A stretch of 64,000 nucleotides of DNA, from the NCBI GenBank assembly GCA_028534125.1, contig CM052847.1, positions 19,344,001 to 19,408,000 of the forward strand. The letters are read 5' to 3'. Positions 50,505 to 63,950 of this stretch are shown here, in pieces. The number at the start of each line of letters is the position of its first letter. Positions within the stretch are counted from its first letter, which is position 1. The DNA comes from Lama glama. Its lineage: Eukaryota. The notes below the pieces were generated by a model, which was not told where the DNA came from, made no database searches, and worked only from the letters and a program-made list of their open reading frames with translations. A program made the translations under genes and the position numbers.

Positions 50505-50906
50505 CTCGCCTTCTTCCCGGGCACTTGTGGTTGTTCAATAAGACATTCCATTTCTCAGCCTCCCCTGAAGCTGTGCACGGCGTGTGACCGAGGAGGGCTG
50601 AGCAGGCAGGAATGGCAGCATGTCACCCGTGAGTCAGCTCCAAGTTAAAACAGCCTCTTTTGACCCGGGGACACTCAGCAGGCAGTAACTCAGTTTCCCA
50701 TGTAGACGTGGACAGTTCTCCTAAGGGATGGCCCAGCAACACGATGGCGAGAACCCAAGTCCCTGAAGGGCTTCGGGTAAGACAGCTGGCGTGCATGCCC
50801 AGACGAGGCACGCCGGTCACTGTGGAACTGAACTCTGGCCTTACTTAAGCTGGGGCTTATTTGGCCTTTGTATGACTGCACCTTAATCTTACCTTGAATT
50901 AATACA
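50505..50906 (+). mobile_element. MLT1J-like LTR relic
   Basis: catttctcagcctcccctgaagct...gtgtgacc...cctaagggatgg...ccttgaattaataca terminus. Confidence 0.55.
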
Positions 50907-51439
50907 ATTTGATTTGGACTTTTAACCCTTTGAGAAAGCAAGCCAGTGCTGAACTGAAGGTCCCAAGAGCTAAGAAAATTTTATGCTCCCCAAAGTAACA
51001 AAAAACTAAAACCACCACCCACATACCCAAGCTAACAAAAATAATTAACGTGCTAAATCTCCTGGAAAAAAAAAAGTTGGCAGAGAGAAGACACACTCAG
51101 GCCTCTCCTTCGCAGCCACGGCTCAGGCTGGTCGCGCTCTAGGTCCTGATTTAAAAACCAGAGCAAAGTAGAATACGGCAACGCGTAGGAAGTGTGTGGA
51201 CAGAAAGCTAGTGTTCCTTTCATGAACAGACACAGAGGGGAGGCTGACAGGCCGTCTGAAAAGAGCAGGCAGTCCTAGTACCTTCCCGCATCTCCCCCCA
51301 AGGTATAACCAGTGACTAAAAGGCGACCCAAAGAATAGGAAGATGGCTACGGCACGACCCGGCTGCGCCACAAACCACCCCCAGCTCTGGGAAGGCCACT
51401 CCACTTTTCATTTCCCTTCCGGTGGTTCAGTTACGTCAG

Positions 51440-51732
51440 TATTGCCCAGACTTCTGGCACTTGTAATACGTTTATAATTTTTCACCATATTGGCATCGCA
51501 GGTGAGCCAGTATCCCTTTATTTCTCTTAAAATTCAGCTAGTTTTTAACTTACACACCCACTTTACTCCTGTTCTAAACAGTAATACCCATGAAATCACC
51601 AGATCCTTGAGTTCATTTTATTTTTGTAGTTTATGTTCAAATATAAAAAAATAAACCTAAATGCGCAATTGTCACCTGACATCACCTCACTTGTCAGCAG
51701 GGATGTGCACCTCATGCTGTGGGGAATACCGG
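51440..51732. mobile_element. MER113-like hAT relic
   Basis: gtaatacccatgaaatcac ... tggggaataccgg terminus resembles the recalled consensus. Confidence 0.45.
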
Positions 51733-52974
51733 ATGTTGACAATCTCACTAGCGTTAGAATTTTGTGGCCTAAGTCCAGTCTCAGTGACAAACCCCACCAA
51801 GGACAGCTAGGTCTATGAGTGCTCTAAGCGCTAAGGTCACAACAGAGTAAATGGAGATGTGACAACTGTCTTGGCTTTTAACTCTCAAACCACTGTGTGC
51901 CCTGGTGGTGCCCTGCATGTACCCGAACTAGGGTTTCATAGGGCAAAGATTCAAAAAAGTTATTCAGGCTATTCAGGTCTATAGCAGGCAAGCCAAGTGG
52001 CGCCAGGAACACCGTTTGCCCAATGACAGTCATGTAAATTTCAGCCCAAGATGCACGGGAGAAAGTCAAGAGTCGTAGAGAGGCTGGGCTTCCCATGTGC
52101 AGCGTTAGATAAGAAATGTGCTGTTGGTTCGGGGTGTCAAGAGCCACAGAAGATCAACAAAAGAACACGATGTCTTTGCCGGTGCCACACTGGTTCCAGA
52201 GGGCAAGCTAACAGCAACTTAGCAGAAATCTTCAAGTTTTCCCAAAATGGCCACCTTCCTAAATCATTCTCTATTTTACTGTTTTTTTTTCAAAGTTCAC
52301 CTCTGAAAGGAGAAGAGAGCATCACAGTGGTAATCTTAGTCAGCAAACAGAAGGTTTTTTCCTTTGAATAAGCATCACGTAGCTGTGGTTACCACCTGTT
52401 TCTGACAGCGTTGTCAGAATGGATACTGAATAATCCAACGCTGCTCTACTTAAAACTGGGCATCATCAGATACCTCATTTGTTCTACTTCTTGGTCATGT
52501 GCCAGCAATTGAGAGGAATGTTACCATCCGATATTCAAATTAAAGACAAAGACCCTAGGGAACAGTAACTTCAGTCGGGAAAATTAAAGGAGAGTTGAGG
52601 GGAAAGAGGAACCAGACAAGAGAAGCAGCATCACACGTGCATCATAAAGCGCTCGAGAACCAAAGGAAAGTCCTTTCACAGCATCAGCTCCTGCCCTGGG
52701 AGCATCTTTAATGACCCATGATGCAATTCACTGAACAACATTCTATTAAGTTCCCTTTTGCCTGGTTGGCAGTTGCCCCCAAAAATGTTTAGAATATAAC
52801 TTTCTACCTCAAATTGGTGCATTTATCACATATCTTTAAAAGCAGAAACAAATAAGGCAAAATCTTTGCATAATTTTCAGTTTCTGAAGTAATGTTATTG
52901 CCCTGCAATATTTTTACCCCTTGAGTTGTAAACTTCACAAAAAATGCTCAGAAATAGACTGTAACACAAGTACC

Positions 52975-53074
52975 NNNNNNNNNNNNNNNNNNNNNNNNNN
53001 NNNNNNNNNNNNNNNNNNNNNNNNNNNNNNNNNNNNNNNNNNNNNNNNNNNNNNNNNNNNNNNNNNNNNNNNNN
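52975..53074. other. Assembly gap (100 N, probably unsized; may hide the L1 body)
   Basis: Run of exactly 100 N directly before an L1 3'UTR. Confidence 0.97.
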
Positions 53075-53380
53075 AATACAAAACAGAAATAGACTCACAG
53101 ACATAGAATACAAACTTGTGGTTGCCAAGGGGGCGGGGGGTGGGAAGAGATAGAGTGGGATTTCAATATTGTAGAATAGACAAACAAGATTATACTGTAT
53201 AGCATGGGGAAATATATACAAAATCTTATGGTAGCTCACAGAGAAAAAATGTGACAATGAATATATATATGTTGATGTATGACTGAAAAATTGTGCTCTA
53301 CACTGGAATTTGACACAACATTGTAAAATGATTATAAATCAATAAAAAATTTTAAAAAATCAATAAAAAATGTTTAAAAA
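53075..53380 (+). mobile_element. Younger LINE-1 3'UTR abutting an assembly gap
   Basis: acagaaatagactcacagacatagaatacaaacttgtggttgccaagggg...acacaacattgtaaaatgattataaatcaataaaaaa. Confidence 0.88.
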
Positions 53381-55339
53381 TGTGAATGAATTTGGACTAC
53401 AAGAATACTAATATTTTCATTGTATATGAAGGTAAAAAGAGTCTGTTTAAAAAATAGAAAATAATCAATACTTTGAGATAAAATTAGGAAAAACTCTGTC
53501 AAAATCTCTGGCTCCCTGCAAACTGCACGCTTCTCTCCATGCTCCCATTTCTCTGACAGCAACACTTGTTAATGTGCTGGACGCTCTGCTGCCAGTTCCT
53601 CTTCCAGTCTGTCACCTCCTCTGACTGTCAGCCTCAGGGGCCTCACAGGGGAAGACAGGGTTTGTTCTGTAAGTGGCCCCGTGGGCTATATCCTTTCTGT
53701 AGAGACACTTTCTTGCATCTTGATGACTAAGAACACGCTTCACATCCACCAAGAAATGTGCTCTCAGCCTCCGGGGACACGCGGCCCTTGCGTTTCATGT
53801 TTGGTTTTTCCACTTTCAAAAGACACATGGATACAAGAAATATTTCACTTTTCTTCTTAACTCTACCGAAAGGAAAAGGAAAGCACAAGAAAAAAGGACA
53901 ATGTGAGAGTGACGACAGTGGCCCTGAATGACAGGAGGTGGAGGAGGCAGTGAACAGGTTACAGCCCAACCACAGGCGGACAGCCAGGCGCTGCCCGGCT
54001 CTGGCCAAGCAGCCAAGCCCGGGGTTGCCAGATCTCCCAGGTATTCCAGGGAAGCCAGGAAAATCCAAGTCTGAAACCCCAGCAACGATGTCCCATTTCC
54101 TAAACATGGCATGAAGGCCAACACAGTGCAAACTAGACACATCAGCCCACCACCTGCATCCTCCACCTGCCTTCTCTCTTTGATGTTTTCATTAAATATA
54201 AAAGTTTATTCCAACATTTCCCATCACCACTATCTGCCTAATCAGTTCACCTGTCTATTCTTTAGTTCTTTCCCTCACTTTCTGATTCATTCAAGTACTC
54301 AACGAATAGGAAACACACACCCACCATGTGTCTGGCGCTGCGCTAGGGAGAGAACAATTATGAGCAGACAGACAAGGCCTTTTCCCGTGGCATTTCCAAG
54401 CAATTTAACGGGGGAGACAGACACTAAAGTAAAATAGATCAAAGATGACTTAGTTTCACTTGTGTCAGGACCACGAAGTGTCAGTAAAGCACGGCCCACT
54501 CCTCCCTGGCTACAGAAGACTCCATTGCGCGCAAACTATCTCCACTGACGTCTCCCCACCAGCTCGGAAACGCACGTCCAGGCGCCACCACTCGGAAATG
54601 AGCGGGCCCTCACGCTTGATGGACTTAGACAAAGTAAGCCTGCGACGTACAAGCTCCCTGAGACGGGTTTCTGTCTCATTTCCAGCCATTGTCACTGCCT
54701 CCATCTTTGTGGCCCTTCCTTCCAGGAGGACCGGACTCTGTTCTAACCCAGAAACACCATGAAACTTCTCTGATATCCTCCATCAGATCTGACCCCTATT
54801 GTCTGAATCCCTGCGGCAACTTAAAATACTCTGTGACCCTTATGGTGCTGCCTCACATTATGGGTCTCCGAACGCTCGTCCCCTCACAGACTGTAAGCTC
54901 CCCAAGGCCAAGACCTGGGTCCGACTCACTTCGATACTCGTGGACCTACCTGGGCCAATAATAAATATTTCCTGCATAAACACATGCTAAATTAAACAAA
55001 AGTTCTGTCTGCCTGAAAAGACAGTTAAATTCAAAAGAGAAGATCAACATTCTCATCATCACTGTTAGCAGTCCTCCTAAAATCGCACTTCCACAACTAA
55101 CCCTAACTGTCATAAACGCTGTACTACACAGTGCTAAACTGCACCATCTAAGCGCTTCCAAAGATGAATCGTAACACCTCCCTGCTTTATAGGTAAGAAG
55201 TTATTCCCAAGATAAAAGCATATTAAGCCACGGGTTTATAATACAGTTGAACATGCCTGACCTTATCAAAAACCATAAATTCTGCTGACTACCACCTCCC
55301 CCACTAAAAGAAGCAAGGGCTTTGTGGAGAAATGGCTGT

Positions 55340-56630
55340 GCCCAAGGCTGAGATGCAGTGAGCCTGGAACATCTTGATGTGACCGTAAGTAAGAAACTGC
55401 TCAAAAAAGTGACGGGGACATGTCAAAAGACAGCTTGAAGGGGCTCTCACTGGTCAAATGTGGGGACAACTGAGTAGCAAGGTATACAGTTGTCCCCCAG
55501 TATCCATGGGGGAGCTGGTTCCAAGACCACCTCCTGCCCCACGGAGTCTGCCGATGCTCAAGTCCCTTTTACAAGATGGCACTGCCTCCCCACATAACCT
55601 ACATCCTCCTGTAAACGCTAAGTCACCTCTAGATTACTTAAGATACCTAAGACAAGGTCAACACTATGTAAATGGTTGATAACCATTTAAGTTTTGCTCT
55701 TTTTGGACCTTTCTAAAATTCAAGTTTTGCTCTTTTTGGACCTTTCTAAAATTTCTTTTCCCACGTATTCTCAATTCCCAGTTGGCTGAATCCCTGTATG
55801 TGAAACCCGCAGATACGAAGGACCGACTCTATAATGATACAGTGAATTATTACACATTGAATAAAAAAAGAATCCTGAGGCCAGTCTAATAACTTAAAAG
55901 GGGGTGGAGGTGGGAGACGGAGAGAAGAATTCCAATGTGGAAGAAATACATGAAAACAACAGAAAATCTGTATTTACAGCCGCCATTAGTGTAATTGATT
56001 TAAGCAAGAATCACCTATCTGAATGCGGAGGAACAGAATACTCAGTTAAGTAATCTTAGTCTTAAACAACCCTCCAGCCTAATACTCATCAGTTACAAAG
56101 GGGGGAGTTACCTTTGCAACGAAAAAAATCTGGCATTGTTACCAAAACAACAAACAGACAAACTGACATTACACACCTCTGATGGAACACACTGAAAAGG
56201 AATTAATATTGTCTATGAAGTATTCTGGCCAACATGTATTCACCTGAATTTAATCATGAGGAAACAATCATAAAAAGACAAAATCAAAAAAGATTAAATT
56301 CAGTGTGTGATCTCTGACTAGATCTTGAATTGAGGGTTAGAAAAAATGGAGGGGTACAAATAACGTTTTGGGGTAAACTGGGGCAAACCGAGTATTGGAC
56401 AAGACTACTGTATCAATGTTAAATTTCCTAAGCACGTTCATTGGTTACGTAGGAGACATGTCCTTGTTCTCAGGAAAAACACACTGACGTATATAGGGGT
56501 AAAGTGTCATTATGTCCACAGTCACTCTCCAATGGTTCAGAATATAAAGGTGTGTGTGTCAGCACGCATGCCCACATGTCTGTGCGTTCAAAGAGAAGGA
56601 AAGCCAAGGTAGCAAACTGTTAAAATTATC
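55340..56630 (+). mobile_element. Ancient L1MC-type 3'UTR fragment interrupted by a MER2-like element
   Basis: Recalled L1MC4-like motifs (cctggaacatcttg, aatttaatcatgaggaaacaatc, tgtatcaatgttaaatttcct, ataggggtaaagtgtcat). Confidence 0.65.
55487..55829 (+). mobile_element. MER2-like (TcMar-Tigger) non-autonomous DNA transposon
   Basis: ta|cagttgtcccccagtatccatgggg ... cccgcagatacgaaggaccgactc|ta: degenerate terminal inverted repeats with TA TSD. Internal 33-bp tandem duplication at 55689-55753. Confidence 0.8.
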
Positions 56631-57021
56631 AAATGTGCAATCTACCTTTCAAAAACAAAAGGCATTTGTCAGTCAAAATATCAAGACGAAAAGCCATGCA
56701 AGCACTTATTTTTTCTGGAAAAAAAAATTTAAATGTAACTATTACGAGCCCTAGTTGGTCAGGTGGAAAACTTTTCAATGCTATGACATTTTTGAGATGT
56801 TTTCATATGAAATACTAGTTTAAAAATTTTTCTGGCTATTCCCAATACATCTTAGAGGTTAACTCTTAAAAACTAAACACACAGAGTAACTGTGCTCAGC
56901 GCACACCTTCCCGTGAGTCTAAAATATAATGAGCTGCCGAATTCAAAGATCAGGGGAAACAAGTTGATGATTCAATGGAACCGGCCGTCTAAACAGCTAC
57001 ACACAACGCTGTTTTCCACTC

Positions 57022-57193
57022 NNNNNNNNNNNNNNNNNNNNNNNNNNNNNNNNNNNNNNNNNNNNNNNNNNNNNNNNNNNNNNNNNNNNNNNNNNNNNNN
57101 NNNNNNNNNNNNNNNNNNNNNNNNNNNNNNNNNNNNNNNNNNNNNNNNNNNNNNNNNNNNNNNNNNNNNNNNNNNNNNNNNNNNNNNNNNNNN
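57022..57193. other. Assembly gap (N run)
   Basis: Run of N. Confidence 0.99.
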
Positions 57194-60100
57194 ACCCCGT
57201 GGGTAATTAACTTCACTCAAGAAGGACTTCGTACTTTTGTGGCGTGGACCATGCTTAGGTTTGGGAACACACTCCAAGAATGTTTTTGTTTTAAAATTTT
57301 ACTTCTAGTATTTCTTTTCTTTATCTTAAGGATATAAGTTAAGTGCTACAGTATTTAAACTCCATTACAAATAGCTTTAACAATATCATTGACAGTACGT
57401 GCCTAAGTAAATCCCCGAAAAGAAAACAGATTTACAATATGAGGTGCTCTAAAGTAAATTATAATCAAATGCAATGGATCTTAGTAACTTTTTATGTAAA
57501 AGCTAAAAATTTGTTCTAGGATTCTTGGTCTAGATTAAAAACAAAAAATCTGAACATCTCAAAAGTTTCCATGAGCCTGCGGAAAAGAAATTATAAACAT
57601 TTATGTACGCTACTACTTTATGAAATGTGACTTTAAAAAATAATTTTAAAAAATTATAATTTAAAAAGATGAATATGGCATCCTAAGTGTGAACTATTTT
57701 GTGATGAATTTGCTATGATTAAAAAAAATTTATCTCTTGTTAACTTAAGATAAAAGTCACATGCTTCTAATCAAAACCTTTATTTTGTTACTATAAATCC
57801 TAAAGGGAAAAAAGTTCTATAAGACAGATTAACGTAAAAATGAACACTATCCTATGACAAGTAAATGTGCCTTCCTTACATAAACACCTTCCTGATGTAA
57901 TCTCCCTGAAAACTGGGGAAATTGCTTCTTAAAAATACCTTATGTATGACAAGTTTTATAAAAAGTTTTTGCTGTACTAATTCTAAGAATCTGAATCATT
58001 TCATAACTTTCTACTTTGTATTTTCTGGGACTGGATTTCACAGTCCACACGACAGGGGCACAAGAGTTTTCAAGGATGCCATCGTTACAATGTTTGTGAA
58101 ACAGTAGCTGGCTGGCCAGCTCGCTGTTCAGCCGTCCAATGAGTTACATATAAAACAGCCACCCATTTTCTCTGAAATATCCTAGCTGGCAAAATCAATC
58201 AAAGTCCCCAGATATGATACAGTATTCTAGTTAGTTCTTCATTAACATGATTTGGAGACAAATGCCTCTATTAAAAATGTAACTTAATACTTATATAGAA
58301 GACTATTTATATTCTTCATCATTTCTTGGCTTTTTAAAAGAACAGAAGACTTACCTTGGCAATAAGAAGTAGTGGGAGGGAAATGGAGGAAAACAGAGGT
58401 GGCCACACTTCGGGTCTTGGAGCCCCGAGGTGAAGGGGAAGGTGCCGCAGCAATTAGCTAGACGCCGTTATCCAGTCCCTGGATTTTGCTGGGACGTAAG
58501 CGTTACACCATTCTTCACACACATATCTACTCCTCTCCAAAATATTCTACTGGACAAGTAATGGGGAGGCAAACAAAGAAGAATTCCTGTCCTGCCAGAC
58601 ACAAGTGGACGCTAGTTAACACAGCAAGCGAAGAAAATGAGGGAAAAGGTAACCCTGACCACAGGCCAAAAGATACTCTTCTTTAAAAATTACCACCATT
58701 CCACAATCTGGGGGGGGGGGGGAATCACTGTTGATATTAGGGTTTTCATTTTCTTTTGATATTTTTCTATACATATTTCTATTTTCTCCCTCAGTAACTG
58801 AAATTATACTAAACAGTTAATATCGTATTTTCATCTAATGTTATACTATAGAGCACATCCCTAATTCATCTTCAAAACCATGATTTAATGAGCACTCAAT
58901 AGTCTGTCATATAAATAAGTTATTTAGTAATGTTCCTACTGTTGGACATTGAGTTTTTCCCTCCAACTCTCTCCTTCGTGCTCCTCTGTGTTCTTCAACA
59001 CCAGCAGGACTGAAAGCTCCCTGAGGACACAGACTGTCTTTCGTGTTTGGTTCCCTGGCACTTAGCACTGCTGTACACAGACTATACACTTAAACGCCTG
59101 TTGACCTAAAAAGGGGCCAGGTTGTAAACTGGTCCTCTGGGTCGCAAAACTGAGTTTTATAGAGAAAGCAAGATTAAACAACCAAAGGAGGGGGAATTTC
59201 TGAATTAAGATGGTAGAATGACAGAGGGACTCATTTCTATCCCATCTCATCCTCCTGCCAAAAAAAAGTTATTTAAGAAACTGAAAACAGTGTTAAATCC
59301 ACAATGATAAAGGAGGCAGAAGAAGAGAGAATTACAGATAGAGATGTTGCTGTTTTCAGAAGATGGTGAAAGGCTGACGGCATGAAGGGAGAGGTAAGCT
59401 GATATTTAAAGCACCTGCAAAGAGAAATGCAAATGATTGCATATGCTGCTTCCCAGGACACATGATGCAAAAGCTGGGGATCAGAGGCACCGGCTCCCGC
59501 AGAAGGTGGAGCAGGGGGCTGACAGGTGGAGCACGTCACAAGTCAGCACCCAACGGCCTTTCCAGCCTCAGTGGCCGGGCACCTCTTCCTTCTTCACTGG
59601 CAGAGAATGCAAGGCTTTCCATCAGAGAAGGGGATTGAAAGAGTCCACCAAGTGCCCAGCAGTACAATGAAAGCAAAAAAGAGCCCCCCTCCAAAGGCAA
59701 ATCAGAGTGAAATTTCAAAATCTAAATTTTCTAGGGAGAAAATACTGGTAGAAATGTATTTTGAGCTTGGTACCTACTCTGCTGGGGGAAATACTAGGTT
59801 AAAGACAAGAAGAGAGAGAAACAGAGAGTGACCCTGTTTCCGTTTTTCTTAAAAGAGTTCTTTTGAGAAGAATGATTAAATAGATATGAGGTATATAGAA
59901 ATATAAAAAGAGGTGGTGTTTTATTATAAGGATGAATTTCTGTAAGAAAGCGCCTAGTAAGAAGTGAGAATATCTGATAAAAGGTTGATACGGGCAAAAC
60001 ACAGGTAAGAAGCTGAAGCTGGAAGAGCAGGAGAGATAACCTTGGCGAGCACACATCAGACAGGCCAGGACGGTGTGAGAAGCCAGGGGGCCAATGAGAG

Positions 60101-61585
60101 GGAAGTGGCCGCAGTCAGGGCAGAAGAGGACCAGGAAAGATCTGGCTACAGGAGTGGAAAGAAGTGGCAAATATGATCAAAGATGTGAAGGAAAACAAGC
60201 AGATGAGGCACAAAAGGCAGATGAGATACGCAGAGCACAGAGGAGAACACTGAGTGATGGGAAGTTTGGTCCAGCGAGGAACAGCTGACTCAGCAGGGAT
60301 GCTGACGGGTCACCTCACAGGACGCATCTGCAGAAACTCACACCTGCACGGCCCCTCCCTGCTTCTTACATGTGGATCTGATCTTGGAGAGGGACATGCT
60401 TCTCAAGTGACAAATTAAAAACCACAGATAAAACATTTCTCTCCGTTAAGCCTAGACGAATTCATTGTTAAATAACAAAGCTGCTTTCAGTAATTTAGGT
60501 CTTTACATCATTCTCTCAAAAGATACTAAGAGCTCATGAAATAAGTAGCAATTTTCCCAATATACATCTCAAATAGTCAAAGACTTTAAAGCCTATTTAT
60601 AAGACAAATTTTAATATGTTGAAATAAAGTAATGGAGAATTATTTCCATTTCAGATTCTTTGAGATTTCAATGTAAAGATAGACGGACAACTGACCAACT
60701 GAATGACCAACCAATATATACATCACATACTGTTGGGACTTTGTAAGAAACAATATGTTTTTAAAACCAATGTAAATTTTACAGCAGAACTGATAATTAG
60801 AGATAAATTTTTCGTTCTAATAATCTGACAATATATTCCATTTTACCAGGTTAAGATTTAATATTTTAAGTCTTAAAATTTATGAAATACTATGTGCTGC
60901 TTTGTAAAAAATCATTTTTACTGTAACAGAAGAAAAACTAGAGTAATTGAGTTTTCTTCTGCTCTTTTTTTCATCTTTTTTTATATTTGCAAAATTTCTG
61001 CAGTAAGTAGAATAAAGGAAAAAAATGATGGTGCTTTCTCATGGAATTGGTATTTGAAAAAGGATCCCCCCCCGCTCCCAAGCTAAATGCTCAGGAGCTG
61101 ACACACACTAAGCCTGTGCTGCAGTCCCTGACAGACACTGCACGCTGACTCTGCTTATTGATATGTTTAGTTCAGTTCAGTTCATTAGTTCTTAACCAAG
61201 CCTTTACGCAAAAGATAAAAGTGCACAGAAAAACCCTAACTCTTCCAGAGAAAAGGGGCAAAGTAAGCATTTATAATGTATATCTGAATTTTGTAACATA
61301 TAAAGTTGTACACATGGTAATTGCTCAGTAACTATTTAATGACTGAATGAATGATTAAACATGTGGGTCTTTAAATTAAATTTTTGAAAGAGGAATAACT
61401 CTAACTTGTTAATATGAAAATTGGTTATAAGTTAACTACCAGCAAAAGTCACTCACTGTTACAATGTATACGCGCATTGTAATACCACAGAACACTATTG
61501 TGCTTGAGTTAACAAGCAAAGTAGAGATCCCATTTATGTTGGCAATGTTCCACAAACAACAAAGCTAAGTCCAGTAGATACAACA

Positions 61586-61757
61586 NNNNNNNNNNNNNNN
61601 NNNNNNNNNNNNNNNNNNNNNNNNNNNNNNNNNNNNNNNNNNNNNNNNNNNNNNNNNNNNNNNNNNNNNNNNNNNNNNNNNNNNNNNNNNNNNNNNNNNN
61701 NNNNNNNNNNNNNNNNNNNNNNNNNNNNNNNNNNNNNNNNNNNNNNNNNNNNNNNNN
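61586..61757. other. Assembly gap (N run)
   Basis: Run of N. Confidence 0.99.
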
Positions 61758-62391
61758 GCTGCCTTACACCATAATCAAATATCTAAAGAAAAAAAGTTTC
61801 TAACAAAAATACAGAGAAGAGGGCGAAGAGAAGAAAGAGGGGAAGGAAAATACTTTTTTTTTTAAGCTTACTGACATTTTTAGGAAAAAAATGTTTTTAT
61901 AACTTCTTCTGTAAGTCGTATACCACAGAAATCAAGCATGCCTTTCAGTACATTTACTGGTTAGTTCATAGGATGGGGCCAGTTAGCACACAAACCATCA
62001 ATTAAAAAAACTCAATTCATATTTATTTCTGAAACTGATATAATTTGCAGGGGTTTTTTAAATGGTGGCATGTACAAAATTTAATTTGTATCTATGTCTT
62101 TTACTAGCAGCATCTTCAAGTCTTTGCTAAGAGTAACTAGTGCTACAAATAATAAATAAAAGATGAAAGATTAAAACTCATTCACAAAATTACTTCCACA
62201 TATCAAAATGGGCAAAAACCAGTAAAAGCAGCTAAAAAAGTGACTTACAACCAGCAACCAAGCAAAGAAAGATAAGTTCATCTATATCAAAAGCCAGCCC
62301 CCTTCGTTTAGCCGACTCACGAGACTAACGAGTGCCCTTCATCGTCTGTCTAAAGCACACCTCCTGGTACTCCCTGTCTGCAGAAAGCATG

Positions 62392-62970
62392 CAGTTGGTC
62401 CCATAAATATTGGCCTCCACTAGCTGAGCCGTACGTTTACCAAAAATTAGTTGTGCTGTTTTCAGACTAGTTTTTGCTACCCGTACTTGCCACCACAGCT
62501 ATGTTACTTAATTAAACATTAACCAACGAAATATGAGTGCCAACAGTGACTTGTTTCTAATGAAAACCAAACTGAGCGCTTCGGAAAGCCTCAATATAGA
62601 CTCGCCACTGAGGGGAACATGTCTGTTGATGTAAGTGCGGGCAAGGATTTAAAAAATAAACCAGAAGGATTAGAAGTAGAAATCTAGAAGGATCCAACAC
62701 TGATTACTTTGCAAGTTTTGAAAGTTCTAACTTCACTTTAAAGAAAGTGAAACTGGAGATCACAGATGATACACCAGAGTGTGTTTTAGGCAAGAAAAGC
62801 AATGTTAAATTCTAATCAGAAAACCAACACTCACAGAGCCTTGACCCTACTTGGAGAGACAGGTGGACACACATGTATATGTCTTAACTGAAAACAGTGT
62901 TACAGTTGTCATTTATGAACCTTTTCTTTTAAACAATTCTCTGCTTTAACTTCTTTCCTGTGATGAACTG
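62392..62970 (+). mobile_element. Tigger15a-like relic with decayed transposase N-terminal coding sequence
   Basis: atgaaaaccaaactgagcgcttcggaaagcctc...aaatctagaaggat...cactttaaagaaagtgaaactggagatcacagatgat; no intact ORF. Confidence 0.65.
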
Positions 62971-63009
62971 ACCAGCTGAGCTTCTGTGGACGAAGCTGGG
63001 ACCTGGAGG

Positions 63010-63560
63010 GCAAACACAGGATGCTCGGAGCACCCAGCCAGGCCTGGCAGGCTAGGAGAGGCTCAGGAAACCTTGAAAGGGGTTAAATCTTAAGGAGGAT
63101 ATACAGGTTCAGCAGGCAGATAAGAAGAGAAGGGCACTGAGACAGAGAAAACAAGGCAGGGAGGTGAGAGATCACAGCGCACGTCAGGCTTGTGAGTAAA
63201 GGGTAAAGGCCAGTGAGGCTGCCTGCCCTGCCCCGGCCAAGGCTTCGGTTTTTATCAGGAAGACAAAATAACTGGCAGAACTTTAGGCAGAGCAGTAACC
63301 AGCTCTCTACTTCACAAGTACTGCTCTGGCCCGGTATGGGGGACAGGGGAGGGAGAAAGAGTAACTGTAAAATTAGAAACCCAAATTAGAACAGGGCCCA
63401 CGGGATGGGAAAAGAACATGGATTTAATGTTTGGGGGTAGAGCTGAGAAGAATGAGAGGGAGAGCTGATGAGAGGAGTGGAAAGAGGAGACATCAATGGC
63501 CCCACAGGCTCTTCCCGTGGGGATGAGATAGAGGATGGAGGCCGGCTAACAAGTGTGGAC
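63010..63560 (-). mobile_element. LINE-2 relic
   Basis: ggccaaggcttcggttttatc...gaactttaggcagagcagtaacc...tgctctggc, antisense L2-like. Confidence 0.5.
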
Positions 63561-63719
63561 CCAGGGGAGCCCCCGGCCAGTGGGGGAGACAACCAATTCC
63601 GTCTTGGAAATAGTGACTACGAGGGCGAGTCTGTCCAGTGACCCGCTGCATGCACGGGTCCCAACCCCACAAGAGGTGAAGGCTCGACGGAGGGGCTGGA
63701 GGCACCGTCAGCACAGGAA

Positions 63720-63950
63720 TGGTGAAAAGTCCGTCCCGGGAGCCAGGCTGAGCGGGGACCCAGCTCTGCCACTTGCTAGCTCTGTGACGCGGGCGAACGG
63801 CCGGCCTCTCTGTGCCTCTGCGTCGCCATCTGTGTGGGAGGCTTAGGGGTGAACGGTGCTCACCTCGCAGAGCTATTGTGAAGGGGTGTGTGTGCGTGTG
63901 CAGTGTTCACAGGAGGGACCGCATGCAGGAAATGCTGCGGTCATCGCTGT
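63720..63950 (+). mobile_element. MIR SINE (GC-shifted)
   Basis: cccagctctgccacttgctagctctgtgac...cctctctgtgcctc...catctgt...cacctcgcagagctattgtgaagg. Confidence 0.7.

Noticed and set aside
55689-55753. 33-bp direct repeat considered as a possible array
   Set aside because: Two adjacent copies with no spacer inside a MER2-like element: a simple local duplication, not CRISPR-like.
62520-62850. Transposase-like coding remnants as a possible domesticated gene
   Set aside because: Interrupted by stops and frameshifts; ordinary Tigger relic.
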